44,205 nt of DNA from a virus (taxonomy: Duplodnaviria; Caudoviricetes), in the IMG/VR virus record IMGVR_UViG_3300037742_000079, positions 1 to 44,205 of that record; one strand, given 5' to 3'. Below the pieces are notes generated by a model that searched no databases, was not told the origin of the DNA, and saw only the letters and a list, made by a program, of their open reading frames with translations. A program made the translations under genes and the position numbers. Numbering within the stretch: position 1 is the first letter of the stretch; the number at the start of each line of letters is the position of its first letter. This document shows, piece by piece, positions 19,596-28,902 of the stretch.

Positions 19596-20107
19596 GCGCC
19601 CCTGTGGGCTCCTTCGTGCCGTTCCACCCGACGCCTCGATGCGGCCACCGCTCGGCGAACGTCGGGTGGATCGTCGCCGCCAACGGCTGCCATCTATGGC
19701 AGGGCTGTGCGCTGCCCAAGGGCTACGGGCTTGTGCAGCACGAGGGCCGACGCTCGTACGTGCACCGCGTGCGCTACGAGCGCGAGGTCGGACCGATCCC
19801 AGAGGGCTTCGATCTCGATCACTTCGTTTGCGAGACGCCGCGCTGTTGCAATCCGGCGCACGTGCGGCCAGTGACCAGGCGCGAAAATGTTCTACGGGGC
19901 GCGTCACCGGCCTCGCTCTGTGCAGCAAAGACGCACTGCCCGAAGGGTCATGCCTATGAGGGCGAAAACATTGATCGCAGCCGAGTGGCGCACGGCGTAC
20001 GACGCTGCCGAATCTGTACTCGCGCTGTTGGTCGCGAGAACTACCGCCGACATGCGCCTGCACGGCGCGCCTACAGCAAAGCCCGTTACGCAGCGAGGAC
20101 AAAATGA
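19592..20107 (+). CDS. HNH homing endonuclease
   Basis: 'GCHLWQG..GYG..VHRV.YE..GPIPEG..LDH..C..CCNPAH...REN' plus 'KTHCPKGH'. Confidence 0.9.
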   Translation: MSAPVGSFVPFHPTPRCGHRSANVGWIVAANGCHLWQGCALPKGYGLVQHEGRRSYVHRVRYEREVGPIPEGFDLDHFVCETPRCCNPAHVRPVTRRENVLRGASPASLCAAKTHCPKGHAYEGENIDRSRVAHGVRRCRICTRAVGRENYRRHAPARRAYSKARYAARTK

Positions 20108-21378
20108 TCGCCGACACGGGCTCGATGGTGAAGCGCCGGCGCGAGGGCGAGCTGCGCCAGCCGATGATGGCGCAGGGTCCCGACGGCCCGAGCGCGCGCA
20201 TTGGGCCGCCGACGGTGTCGCCCAACGGCGGTGTGCAGCTCGCGCGCCCGACGCCGATGAACCCCGTCCTGCGGGGCTCGATGGCGGCACGCGCCGCGCC
20301 GAGTGGCGGGGTCGCTGCCCTGTCTGGCGGCCGGTTGCGCAATTGGGCCGAGACGATCGGCAGCCAGCCTAACGGCCAGCCCGCCGCGCCGCGCATCGCG
20401 GCGCCGACTGGCGCCGGCATGGCGATCTCTCGCGAAGCGGCCGACGCGGTCCCTGACGATGCGGTGTCCTACGGCCGGAGCCCGGGCGACGGCAGTGTGA
20501 TGCCGGGACCCGTGGGCATGGGAGCGCCCGCGCCGACGCGCACGGCTTCTACGACCGCCCAGCCCATCGCCGCGCCTGACGGAACGATGGCTGGGACACC
20601 GATGCCGCCGCCCGTCGCCGTACCCGGTGGCAGGATGGCGACGACCTCGGCACCGCCCGCACCGGCACCGATGGCCCCGCCGAGCGCGCCGGTGCTGAAC
20701 ACCGGAATGACCGAGGCGCCGGGCGGGCCCGCACCGATCCTGATCGACGGGCAGCGCGACAACACGAACCTGAACCCGCTCAACGATCGCATCCGCGATC
20801 AGACGACGAGCTGGCTCGACAACCCAAGTCCGTACGATGACGACCTGTGGCAGCGCGAGGTCGAACGCGCCCGGGTGACGCATGACGAGCAGTCGGCCGC
20901 CGGTCGTGAAGCCTTGTCCGCGAATCTCGCGCGGCGCGGGGTGGACTTCGGCACGATCGGCCGGCAGGGCTTCGAGGGCTTCGAGACCGATCGGGCGCGC
21001 GCCTTCGATCGCGACGTGCTGACACCGATGCTGGCTGACCGCGCGCGCGGCATCGGCGATGCGCGGACGTCGGCGTTCAACGCCGGGAACCAGGAGCGCG
21101 GCTACTACGACAACCAGCGCAACACGGCGCGCGATCAGGAAATCCAGCGCATCCAGCTCGAGGAAGCGATCCGCTCGGGTCGGGTCGGCGAGGATCAGGA
21201 TTGGCTGCGCATGATCTTGGGGTTGACCGGCCAGACCGGGGGCGCCGCGCTCGACGCGGCCGGCATGCAGGGGAACGCGGCCGGGGGGAACGCTAACGCA
21301 CTCGGCGGCTTCTCCGAGCAGCTCGCCCGCCTGCTGGGGAGCCGGGGCCGGGCCCTGCCCGCGCCGGCGGGGGGCTGA
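20104..21378 (+). CDS. putative internal virion (ejection) protein
   Basis: Pro-rich N-terminus, helical 'ANLARRG' region. Confidence 0.6.
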   Translation: MIADTGSMVKRRREGELRQPMMAQGPDGPSARIGPPTVSPNGGVQLARPTPMNPVLRGSMAARAAPSGGVAALSGGRLRNWAETIGSQPNGQPAAPRIAAPTGAGMAISREAADAVPDDAVSYGRSPGDGSVMPGPVGMGAPAPTRTASTTAQPIAAPDGTMAGTPMPPPVAVPGGRMATTSAPPAPAPMAPPSAPVLNTGMTEAPGGPAPILIDGQRDNTNLNPLNDRIRDQTTSWLDNPSPYDDDLWQREVERARVTHDEQSAAGREALSANLARRGVDFGTIGRQGFEGFETDRARAFDRDVLTPMLADRARGIGDARTSAFNAGNQERGYYDNQRNTARDQEIQRIQLEEAIRSGRVGEDQDWLRMILGLTGQTGGAALDAAGMQGNAAGGNANALGGFSEQLARLLGSRGRALPAPAGG

Positions 21379-21381
21379 GCG

Positions 21382-22200
21382 ATGCCACTCGGCGCTGGCT
21401 ACGGCCTCGGCACGTCACCCCTGCTCGCGATCGCGAGCGGCCTGGCGCGCGGCAACGTGGCGAATCAGGAGGAGGCGCGCTCGGCCGCCGAAGCCGCAGA
21501 ACGCGCCATGGGGCCCAAGCGCGAGCGCCGGCGGCTGCAGGAGCTTGCGCGGACGCAGCTCGCAACGCTCGACGCGGCCTTGGGCGACGAGGCCTTCGAC
21601 GAGACGCGCGACTACGAGAAGGACCTGACCGAGCGGCGGGCCCTGCGTCGCCGTGCCCAGGCGTACCGCACGGTCAATCCCTCGGCGTCGCTCGAGGATG
21701 CCGAGGCCTACATGATGGCCGGGCCGAACGCGGTGAAGGCGCCCGCCAAGGCGCCGCCGCGGCGCACCTACGACAGCACGCGCGGCGGCTACTTCGACGA
21801 GGACTCGGGGACGTTCACCACGCTGCCGAACCTGCCCAAGCGCGCCGGCACCGCGACGCCCACGCGGCGAGCGCCGAAGATATTGACGACGGCCGAAGGC
21901 ATCTTCGCGTACGACGAGGACGCCGAGACGCTCACGCCGGTGAAGATGCCGGACGGGGCGACGGCGCAGCCCAAGCCGACGGGTGGACGCGCTGACGACC
22001 GAATATTCGATATGTTCGATCGCGTTCGTCTCGGCAAGGGTTCGGCCGCTCCGATCGGCACGGGTTCGGCCGCTCCGACGCGCGAGCCGCTCAGCGACGA
22101 GGAGAAGCGCCGCGCGCGGGTCGATCGCACCTTCCGGCGCGTGCTCGAGGAGGAAGGCTACACGGCCGCCGATTGGGCAGCTGCTCCGCCCGGTCGCTGA
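21382..22200 (+). CDS. putative internal virion protein
   Basis: Within the ejection-protein block. Confidence 0.55.
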   Translation: MPLGAGYGLGTSPLLAIASGLARGNVANQEEARSAAEAAERAMGPKRERRRLQELARTQLATLDAALGDEAFDETRDYEKDLTERRALRRRAQAYRTVNPSASLEDAEAYMMAGPNAVKAPAKAPPRRTYDSTRGGYFDEDSGTFTTLPNLPKRAGTATPTRRAPKILTTAEGIFAYDEDAETLTPVKMPDGATAQPKPTGGRADDRIFDMFDRVRLGKGSAAPIGTGSAAPTREPLSDEEKRRARVDRTFRRVLEEEGYTAADWAAAPPGR

Positions 22201-22207
22201 GGGGCCG

Positions 22208-25200
22208 GTGACTGCGCCGATCGCACCCGAGACCCCAGAGGAGCGGCAGGCGCGCCGCGCGCGCCGCTATCAGGAGATTCTCGACGAACTCCGTCTGGAG
22301 GAGCGCCGAGAGGACATCTCGCCCATTGAAGACTTCTCGCTCGGGGTGACGGAGGGCCTGGGGAAGACGGGCACGGCCGCCGCGCGCGGCGTCGGCTGGC
22401 TCGGCCGCAAGATCATCCCGGGCAAGAGCACCCCGACGGTGACGGACCTGATCACGGGCGCGGAGCCCAAGAGCGCGCTCGAGCGCTGGGCCGACCGCAC
22501 CGACGCCGAGATGGAGGAGTACTACGACGGCCAGGGCACGGCCGGCACGGTGGGGAAGATCGCGGGCCGCATCACGGGCGAGGTCGGTACGGCCATGGGC
22601 GGGAGCAAGCTCATTGCCGGTGCGCTCACCAAGTTCGCGCCGGCCACGGCCGCCGCGCGCGCGATTGTCGCGGGGCGCCAGGGTACGGCCGCCCAACGAG
22701 TGGCCGCCAATACGCTGCCCTTCGCGCCGGTGGATGCGTTGATGGGCGCGGGGGGCAGCGAGAAGGGCTTTGTCCTCCCCGGTCGCGGTGGCGCCGCGGT
22801 CGAGTCGGTGCTGATGGGCGCCGTGCCCTCGGCCGGCATTGAGTACGGGATGGCGCGCCGCGACTTGGCCCGCCAGGCGCAACGTGCGGGCGAGGCGGCG
22901 GCCATGCCCTCGATCGCCGATCTGATCCGCCAGATGCGTCCCGGCGAGGACCCGCTCGCATCGATCGGCCGCATGCCGCTCGACGACGCGCCGCGCCTGG
23001 CACCGGAGACCCGACCCGAGCGCATGCTGCCGGCGCAAACCGAGATTCCGACCGCCCAGCATCCGCTGGCCGGGCCGGGCATTCCGATGCCTGGTGCCGG
23101 TGGCCGCACGCTGGACGAGAACCTGCGGCTGCTCGAAGAGACGAAGGCCGAGGCCGCCCAAGCACTGGCCGCGCGCGAAGCGCGGAAAGCGGCCCTGCTC
23201 GATGAGCCCGCCTCGCCAACGTCACAGCTGCTCAGGACGGCCCGCGACGGGGTGCTAGAGGCGCAGGCGCGCGCCGCACGCTCGGCCGAGATTCCGGTGC
23301 AGGTCCCGCCCGCCGGTGCCGACACCCGACCGCTGCGCGAGATCATCGCCGAGTTCAATGCGGCCCGTGGTGGCAACCGGTCGGGCATCGCGGCCCGTGA
23401 GGCGCTGGAAGTGATGGGAGGGGCGGGGGCCGGTGCCGTCGCCGGTGGCGTGGCGACGGGCGACACGCGCGGCGCGCTCGGCGGGGCGGCGGCTGGCGCG
23501 GGCATCGGTCCGGCCGCTCGCTCGATCGTGGCGGGCCGAGCGTCCGCGCGCCTTGCCTCGGAGCGCGCGTCCAAGATGATTCCCGAATCGATCAGCGGCG
23601 GTCGCTACCTGCCGCCCGCGGCGCCCCGTATCCCGGCGGGCCAGAAGCGCTACCCCGGCGATGCGCGCACGTCGTCGATGGCCCGGCTCGACGCCCAGGG
23701 CAACCGCATCGGCGGCGCCCAGGCGGCGGTCGTCAACACGCTGGGCGGGGCGGCGGCGGGCGCCACCGCTGGCGCACTCACGGGCGATACGCCAGAGGAG
23801 AAGCGCCGCAACACGGTGGTCGGTCTGGCGATCGGCGCGGGCGGTGGCGCTGCGCTGAACCCCCTGCTGCGCGTGGCCTCCAAGACGCCCAAGGTCTCCA
23901 GCGCCTTCACGGCCGATCCGGACGTGGCGGCGGTGGCGGCGACGATCCGCCGCGGCAAGCGTCCGACGCCCGCGCCTAAGAACACGCTCCTCAACTGGGC
24001 GGGCCGTGGCTATCAGAAATACGTGAACGAGTCGTACGCCGCCGAGGCGATCGGCCGCATGGCCGGCACGGGCGCCGACGTCAAGCAGGCGGTGGCGCGC
24101 GGGCACGGCTGGCAGGGTGCGGCCGAGCAGTTCCTTGCCGATGAGTTCAAGCCCGTGCTCCAGGCGGCCAAGGGCATGGAAGAGGACGTCATGGCGCTCC
24201 TCAAGGCCCAGCGCGCGATCGATCTGGCGGCGCGCGGCGTGGCCGACAAGACGCCCATCCCGCTCGCCACGCATCAGCGCGCGCGCGCCGTGCTGGAGCG
24301 CCGTGCGCCGGTCAAGGCCGCCGCCGAGCAGCTCCGTGGGTTCTATCGGCGGCTCCTCGAGCTCAAGCGTGACGGGAACGTGATCAGCCCCCAGCAGTTC
24401 GACGATCTGGTCGCGAGCGAGGATTTCTACACGCCATTCGTGCGCGAGTGGGACGATCGCGGCACGGCCATCGGGAAGGGCGGCGGCGGGAAGAACGTGC
24501 AGCGCGGCACTGGCGTGCGGAAAATGAGCGCCGAGCAGCAGGCGCGCGCGGACACGGTGGACCCCTTTGAAGTGGCCGTCCAGGATGCGGGCGAGACCTT
24601 CCGCTCGATCGCCAAGCAGCGGGTCACGGATGCCGTGGTCGGCGCCTACCAGGCCAACCCGCAGCTGGTCGAGCCCTTCCTGCGGCCCATCGCCGCCAAT
24701 GCGCCCATCACGCCGGGTGGCCGTGAGGTCGTGGCCAACCTAGGCGGTACGCGCATGCGCTGGGAAGTGCGCGACCCTGATCTGTACGACGCCTTCGGCG
24801 CCTTCGATCCGACGTCGATGAACGCCTTCGTGAAGTTGCTCGCCCTCGGCAAGCGCGGGCTCCAGACCGGCGTCACGCTCATGCCGGATTTCGCCGCGGC
24901 GAACCTGACGCGCGACATCCAGGGCGCCGCCATTCAGCAGCGCGGCCTGGGACGCTCGGTGGCCGGGAGCGCCGCCGCCGGGGCGGCCGGAAACGTCGCC
25001 TTCGGGGACGAGCGAGAGTCCATCATGCTGCGGACGTTCAAGGGCGCGGGCTTCGGCGCCGCCGTCGGCGCGGTGGGCCCGCAGGCGGTCAAGAACCTGC
25101 GCGCCGTCGGGGACATCGTGGGGCAGTCGGCCGACTACAAGCAGTTCCTGCGTGAGGGCGGTTATACGATGGGCTTCTATCCGAAGAACGCCAAGGACGC

Positions 25201-26512
25201 GCGCCAGGTGCTCGACCGGCTGCGCGAGTCGGGCGTCTCCATGTCGGATGTCGTGAGCCCCTCGCGCTGGGTCGATCTGGTCACGAGCATCGGCCGCGTG
25301 GCCGAGCAGTCAACGCGGCTCGCCAAGTGGAAGGAGGTTCGGGCGGCTGGCGGCGACGTCGGCGAGCGGGTGCTGGGTGCCCAGGACGTCTCACTCCGCT
25401 TCTCGCAGATGGGGAAGGACACCAAGGGGATCGCCGCCACGACGGCCTTCTGGAACGCCAAGGTGCAGGGCTGGGACAAGCTCGTGCGCATGCTCAGGCA
25501 ACCAAAGACATGGGCGATGGGCGCGGCGGCGATCACGGCGCCCTCGCTCGCGCTCTGGGAGACGAACAAGGACAATCCCGAGTATTGGGCGCGCCCGCAG
25601 TGGGAGCGGAACATGTTCTGGCTGGTGCCCAAGGGCGGTGAAGGCGGTGGGTTCTGGCGCGTGCCCAAGCCCTTCGAGATCGGCTTCCTCTTCGGGTCGC
25701 TGCCCGAGCGACTCGCCGACTATGCCGCCAACCGCGAGATGAACATTCCCGGCATCGGCCCGATCACGAGCGCCTCGCCGTTCAAGGGGATGTCTCAGCC
25801 GAGTGGCGTCCTGGGCGCCAGCGTCAAGGGCATGCTGGGCACGACCCTCGACGGCGCACTGCCGATCCCGACCGTGCCCTTGGCGATCGCCGAGCAGGCG
25901 TTCAATCACGACACCTTCCGGGATCGGAAGATCGTCAGCCGACCGGACATTCCGACCGAGCTGCAGTCGGATGAGTACACCTCGAGTCTGGGTCTCCTGG
26001 CCGGAAAGCTCGGCGTCTCGCCGCAGCGTTTCGACAAGGCCGTGAAGGACCTCACGGGCTCGTCCGGCGCGCTCGCGCTCCAGGGCCTCGACGCCCTCGC
26101 GCGCGAGCTGGGCCTCGATGAGCGCGCCCCGGCGCCGAACGCCAGGCGGCCCTTGGTCGGACGCTTCGAGACCCAGCCCGGCCTCATGAGCGATGCCGAG
26201 AACATGCTGCGCGATCGGTTCGAGAAGGTCGAGCAATACCATCGCGGCGGCAAGGAGTTAGAGAAGCGCGATGCGAGCGACGACGAGATTCTCGCGTATG
26301 TGACCGAGCACGAGGACTCGTTGCGCGAGTTCTATGCGCTGAGAGATGTCGTCGAGCTCGCGAACCGAATCCGCGACGCGCGGCGCGAGATGGGCCGCAG
26401 GCCGGGGCTCACTGACGAGCAGCGCGAGCGGATAGCCAGTAACTCGGGCGCGGTACTCAACGAACTCGCTGCGCACGCACTGCGCGGTGACCTCAGTCCC
26501 GATACGCCGTAA
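22208..26512 (+). CDS. large internal virion protein with C-terminal LPD38-like domain
   Basis: About 1434 aa; 'FWNAKVQG.DK', 'W.R..FW.VP..FWRVPKPFEIGFLFG..PER'; GTG 22208 after GAGG. Confidence 0.8.
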   Translation: MTAPIAPETPEERQARRARRYQEILDELRLEERREDISPIEDFSLGVTEGLGKTGTAAARGVGWLGRKIIPGKSTPTVTDLITGAEPKSALERWADRTDAEMEEYYDGQGTAGTVGKIAGRITGEVGTAMGGSKLIAGALTKFAPATAAARAIVAGRQGTAAQRVAANTLPFAPVDALMGAGGSEKGFVLPGRGGAAVESVLMGAVPSAGIEYGMARRDLARQAQRAGEAAAMPSIADLIRQMRPGEDPLASIGRMPLDDAPRLAPETRPERMLPAQTEIPTAQHPLAGPGIPMPGAGGRTLDENLRLLEETKAEAAQALAAREARKAALLDEPASPTSQLLRTARDGVLEAQARAARSAEIPVQVPPAGADTRPLREIIAEFNAARGGNRSGIAAREALEVMGGAGAGAVAGGVATGDTRGALGGAAAGAGIGPAARSIVAGRASARLASERASKMIPESISGGRYLPPAAPRIPAGQKRYPGDARTSSMARLDAQGNRIGGAQAAVVNTLGGAAAGATAGALTGDTPEEKRRNTVVGLAIGAGGGAALNPLLRVASKTPKVSSAFTADPDVAAVAATIRRGKRPTPAPKNTLLNWAGRGYQKYVNESYAAEAIGRMAGTGADVKQAVARGHGWQGAAEQFLADEFKPVLQAAKGMEEDVMALLKAQRAIDLAARGVADKTPIPLATHQRARAVLERRAPVKAAAEQLRGFYRRLLELKRDGNVISPQQFDDLVASEDFYTPFVREWDDRGTAIGKGGGGKNVQRGTGVRKMSAEQQARADTVDPFEVAVQDAGETFRSIAKQRVTDAVVGAYQANPQLVEPFLRPIAANAPITPGGREVVANLGGTRMRWEVRDPDLYDAFGAFDPTSMNAFVKLLALGKRGLQTGVTLMPDFAAANLTRDIQGAAIQQRGLGRSVAGSAAAGAAGNVAFGDERESIMLRTFKGAGFGAAVGAVGPQAVKNLRAVGDIVGQSADYKQFLREGGYTMGFYPKNAKDARQVLDRLRESGVSMSDVVSPSRWVDLVTSIGRVAEQSTRLAKWKEVRAAGGDVGERVLGAQDVSLRFSQMGKDTKGIAATTAFWNAKVQGWDKLVRMLRQPKTWAMGAAAITAPSLALWETNKDNPEYWARPQWERNMFWLVPKGGEGGGFWRVPKPFEIGFLFGSLPERLADYAANREMNIPGIGPITSASPFKGMSQPSGVLGASVKGMLGTTLDGALPIPTVPLAIAEQAFNHDTFRDRKIVSRPDIPTELQSDEYTSSLGLLAGKLGVSPQRFDKAVKDLTGSSGALALQGLDALARELGLDERAPAPNARRPLVGRFETQPGLMSDAENMLRDRFEKVEQYHRGGKELEKRDASDDEILAYVTEHEDSLREFYALRDVVELANRIRDARREMGRRPGLTDEQRERIASNSGAVLNELAAHALRGDLSPDTP

Positions 26513-26535
26513 TCCCCCAACCCCAAGAGGAACCC

Positions 26536-26733
26536 ATGCCGCTCATCAATCTCGTGATCGCGCTCATTGTCATTGGCGTGCTGCTCTGGCTGGTGAACGC
26601 CTACATCCCGATGGATGCCAAGATCAAGCAGATCCTGAACGTCGTCGTGATCATCGCCGTGGTGCTGTGGCTGCTCGGGGTGTTCCTCGGCGGCTGGGGT
26701 GGGCTGGAGCGCATCCGCGTTGGGAACCCGTAA
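26536..26733 (+). CDS. small 2-TM membrane protein (Thivi_2564-like)
   Basis: 'LIVIGVLLWLVNAYIPMDAKIKQILNVVVII.VVLWLL'; GAGGA SD. Confidence 0.8.
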   Translation: MPLINLVIALIVIGVLLWLVNAYIPMDAKIKQILNVVVIIAVVLWLLGVFLGGWGGLERIRVGNP

Positions 26734-26737
26734 CCCG

Positions 26738-27121
26738 ATGAACTTCACCCCCCTGCGCGGCATGCTGGAGACGGCGGTATCGGTCGGCGCCGGCGTCTCC
26801 GTCGTCGGCGGCGCCGTGCTCTGGCTGCTGCGTGAGAAAATCCGCACCTGGGTGGTGGGCTGCGTGAAGGACTCCGCGGACGTCGGGGTGTGGGTGGATC
26901 GCCGCATCTCCGGCACGCGCGAGAACGATGCGCTCTGGCGCAAGGAAATCGAGGACCGCATGGGCGAGCAGGAGAAGCTGGGCGAGCGCATCTCGCAGTC
27001 GATGGAGTACCAGGCCGCGACGCTGGACCGCCTGACGCGCGTGCTCGAGCGCGTCGAGCTCAAGCAGAACGAGACGGCCGAGCTGGTCGGTCGGATAGAC
27101 GAACGCGGGCGCGGCAAGTGA
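26738..27121 (+). CDS. membrane protein with coiled coil (holin/antiholin-like)
   Basis: One TM segment then a charged coiled coil; in the lysis block. Confidence 0.55.
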   Translation: MNFTPLRGMLETAVSVGAGVSVVGGAVLWLLREKIRTWVVGCVKDSADVGVWVDRRISGTRENDALWRKEIEDRMGEQEKLGERISQSMEYQAATLDRLTRVLERVELKQNETAELVGRIDERGRGK

Positions 27122-27507
27122 CGCTGCCCGAGGGCCCGCTCGACGTCCCGACGCGGCGGCGGATTCTCCCGTGGCCGTGGTGGCGCCGGTGGATCCGCGA
27201 GCTGGCGATCTGGCCGTTCGACCTGGACGACGGCAACGGCGATGGCTCCCCGTCCATGGCCAAGATCATCGCGTGGATATTTGCCTTCCTCCTCTGCGCA
27301 TCGGTTATCTGGCAACTGCCGATCAGCGGCACGCAGCTCGCCTTTGCGATCGTCGTGCTGTCCGCCGCGTTCGGCCGCAGCATGTTCAAGGCCTACCTGA
27401 ATCGCGGCTCGTGGAGCACATCGACGGCGACGGTCGAGTCGCGCAGCGTTCAGGAGATCGTCACCCGGCGCGCGCGTGGGGGCGACGATGCCACCGAACC
27501 TACTTAA
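27118..27507 (+). CDS. putative holin
   Basis: Two TM segments, charged C-terminus, directly upstream of the endolysin. Confidence 0.55.
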   Translation: MTLPEGPLDVPTRRRILPWPWWRRWIRELAIWPFDLDDGNGDGSPSMAKIIAWIFAFLLCASVIWQLPISGTQLAFAIVVLSAAFGRSMFKAYLNRGSWSTSTATVESRSVQEIVTRRARGGDDATEPT

Positions 27508-27994
27508 CCCGCGTGATCTCCTGCTGGCTGAGGCGGCGCGCTATCTCAAGGTGCGCGAGACGCCAAAGAACTCCAACCGGGCCGTGCTCATTGACGCCTG
27601 GCTCACGACCGTGGGATCGCCGCTCGGCTCCCCCTGGTGCGCGGCCTTTGCGTGGTGCATGGGTCTTCAGGCGACGGGCCGTGCGCTCTGGCCCGTCAAG
27701 ATGAGCGGCCGCGTCCAGGACATCGTCGAGCACGCAGTGAGCGAGCGCACCTTCACCAAGGACGCGCAGCTCGCGCGCGCCGGGGACCTGGTCGTCTTCT
27801 GGTATCCGGCGCTCTCGCGCTACGGGCACATCGCCGTCGTGGAGCGCGTCGAAGCCGGCCGGGTCTTCTCGATCGACGGGAACACGGGGGCCGACACCGT
27901 CGCGGGCTCGCCGGCCGATCGCGATGGCTGGGGCGTCTTTCGGAAGTCGAGACCCTTAAGCGATCGCGTCGGCTTCATCCGGTGGGCCGCATGA
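27488..27994 (+). CDS. CHAP-domain endolysin
   Basis: 'PWCAAF' catalytic Cys, 'GDLVVF', 'GHIAVVE', 'IDGNT'. Confidence 0.88.
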   Translation: MPPNLLNPRDLLLAEAARYLKVRETPKNSNRAVLIDAWLTTVGSPLGSPWCAAFAWCMGLQATGRALWPVKMSGRVQDIVEHAVSERTFTKDAQLARAGDLVVFWYPALSRYGHIAVVERVEAGRVFSIDGNTGADTVAGSPADRDGWGVFRKSRPLSDRVGFIRWAA

Positions 27995-28668
27995 AGCTGA
28001 GCGGTGGGGTGGCGTTGACGATCGCCGGCGGCTTGGTTGGCTTGGCGCTCGGCTATCAACTCTGGGGCGACGACATGCGCATCGTCGAGACCGCGGCGCC
28101 CGAGGTGCGACAGAAGGATAGCTCGCTCGTGCTCGAGCGGCGACCCGATCCGACCGCGAAGCCCGTCCACGCGATCCCCAAGGGCGCGACGGTCGAGCGC
28201 GTCGTGACAGTCACGGTGCAGCCGTCGCCTTCTTCGACACTTCCGATTTTTCCCAGAAAAAGCGGCGTGGATAACTCGGGTGCGGACGTTTCAAAATCTG
28301 TGGATTTGATACATGACACGCCGACGCGCATAGGAAACCGTGATTCTCTATGCAGCTGCGCGCCCGTGCACGTCGATCTCTCGCTCGTGCGGGAGGCGAA
28401 CGGGATGCGCCGAGTGATCGCGTCAGCGCGTGGCGGGACGATTCTCGGCGGCGTCGATGTGCCGGTCGAGAGCGCGGCGCCCGAGAAGCGCTTCAAGTGG
28501 GCGCTCGGGCCGAGCTGGGACTTGGCGACGCAGCGTTGGGGCGTGGCCGCTGATCGCGACATTGATCGGATCGTGTTTCTCAGGATCCCGGCGCGGGCCG
28601 GTCTTACCCTTGGGCCCGGAATGGATCGTGGCGTGACCGGCAGCGTGCGGGTGCAGCTTCGTTTCTAG
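27991..28668 (+). CDS. putative spanin-position membrane protein
   Basis: N-terminal TM anchor; C-terminal amphipathic beta strands ending in Phe; follows the endolysin. Confidence 0.55.
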   Translation: MKLSGGVALTIAGGLVGLALGYQLWGDDMRIVETAAPEVRQKDSSLVLERRPDPTAKPVHAIPKGATVERVVTVTVQPSPSSTLPIFPRKSGVDNSGADVSKSVDLIHDTPTRIGNRDSLCSCAPVHVDLSLVREANGMRRVIASARGGTILGGVDVPVESAAPEKRFKWALGPSWDLATQRWGVAADRDIDRIVFLRIPARAGLTLGPGMDRGVTGSVRVQLRF

Positions 28669-28677
28669 GGCGGGAGC

Positions 28678-28902
28678 GTGCGAATGCGGCGCTACCGCAA
28701 GCGGCTGTTCGGTCACATCTGGCACTTCAACTTGGAATGCTCGCGCATGCCGCGCGTGCTGAAGGTCGTTGAGCGCGCGATCACGCACAGCCCGGCGTCG
28801 GGTGCCATCTGCCGGGAGTGCGTCGCCAAGGCGCGCCGTGGATGCCTCACGCTCATCCAGGGCCCCGCCGCGCGCTCTCCCGTCAGGGCACCCAGACCCT
28901 AA
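28678..28902 (+). CDS. small basic Cys-containing hypothetical protein
   Basis: GGGAG upstream; 'HFNLECS', 'ICREC'. Confidence 0.4.
   Translation: MRMRRYRKRLFGHIWHFNLECSRMPRVLKVVERAITHSPASGAICRECVAKARRGCLTLIQGPAARSPVRAPRP

Noticed and set aside
22039-22078. GGTTCGGCCGCTCCGA duplicated
   Set aside because: Short in-frame duplication (GSAAP x2) in a linker; no further copies seen.
22208-26512. Tape measure protein
   Set aside because: No tail tube or tail chaperone genes; the LPD38-like C-terminus and nozzle/adaptor context indicate an ejection protein.
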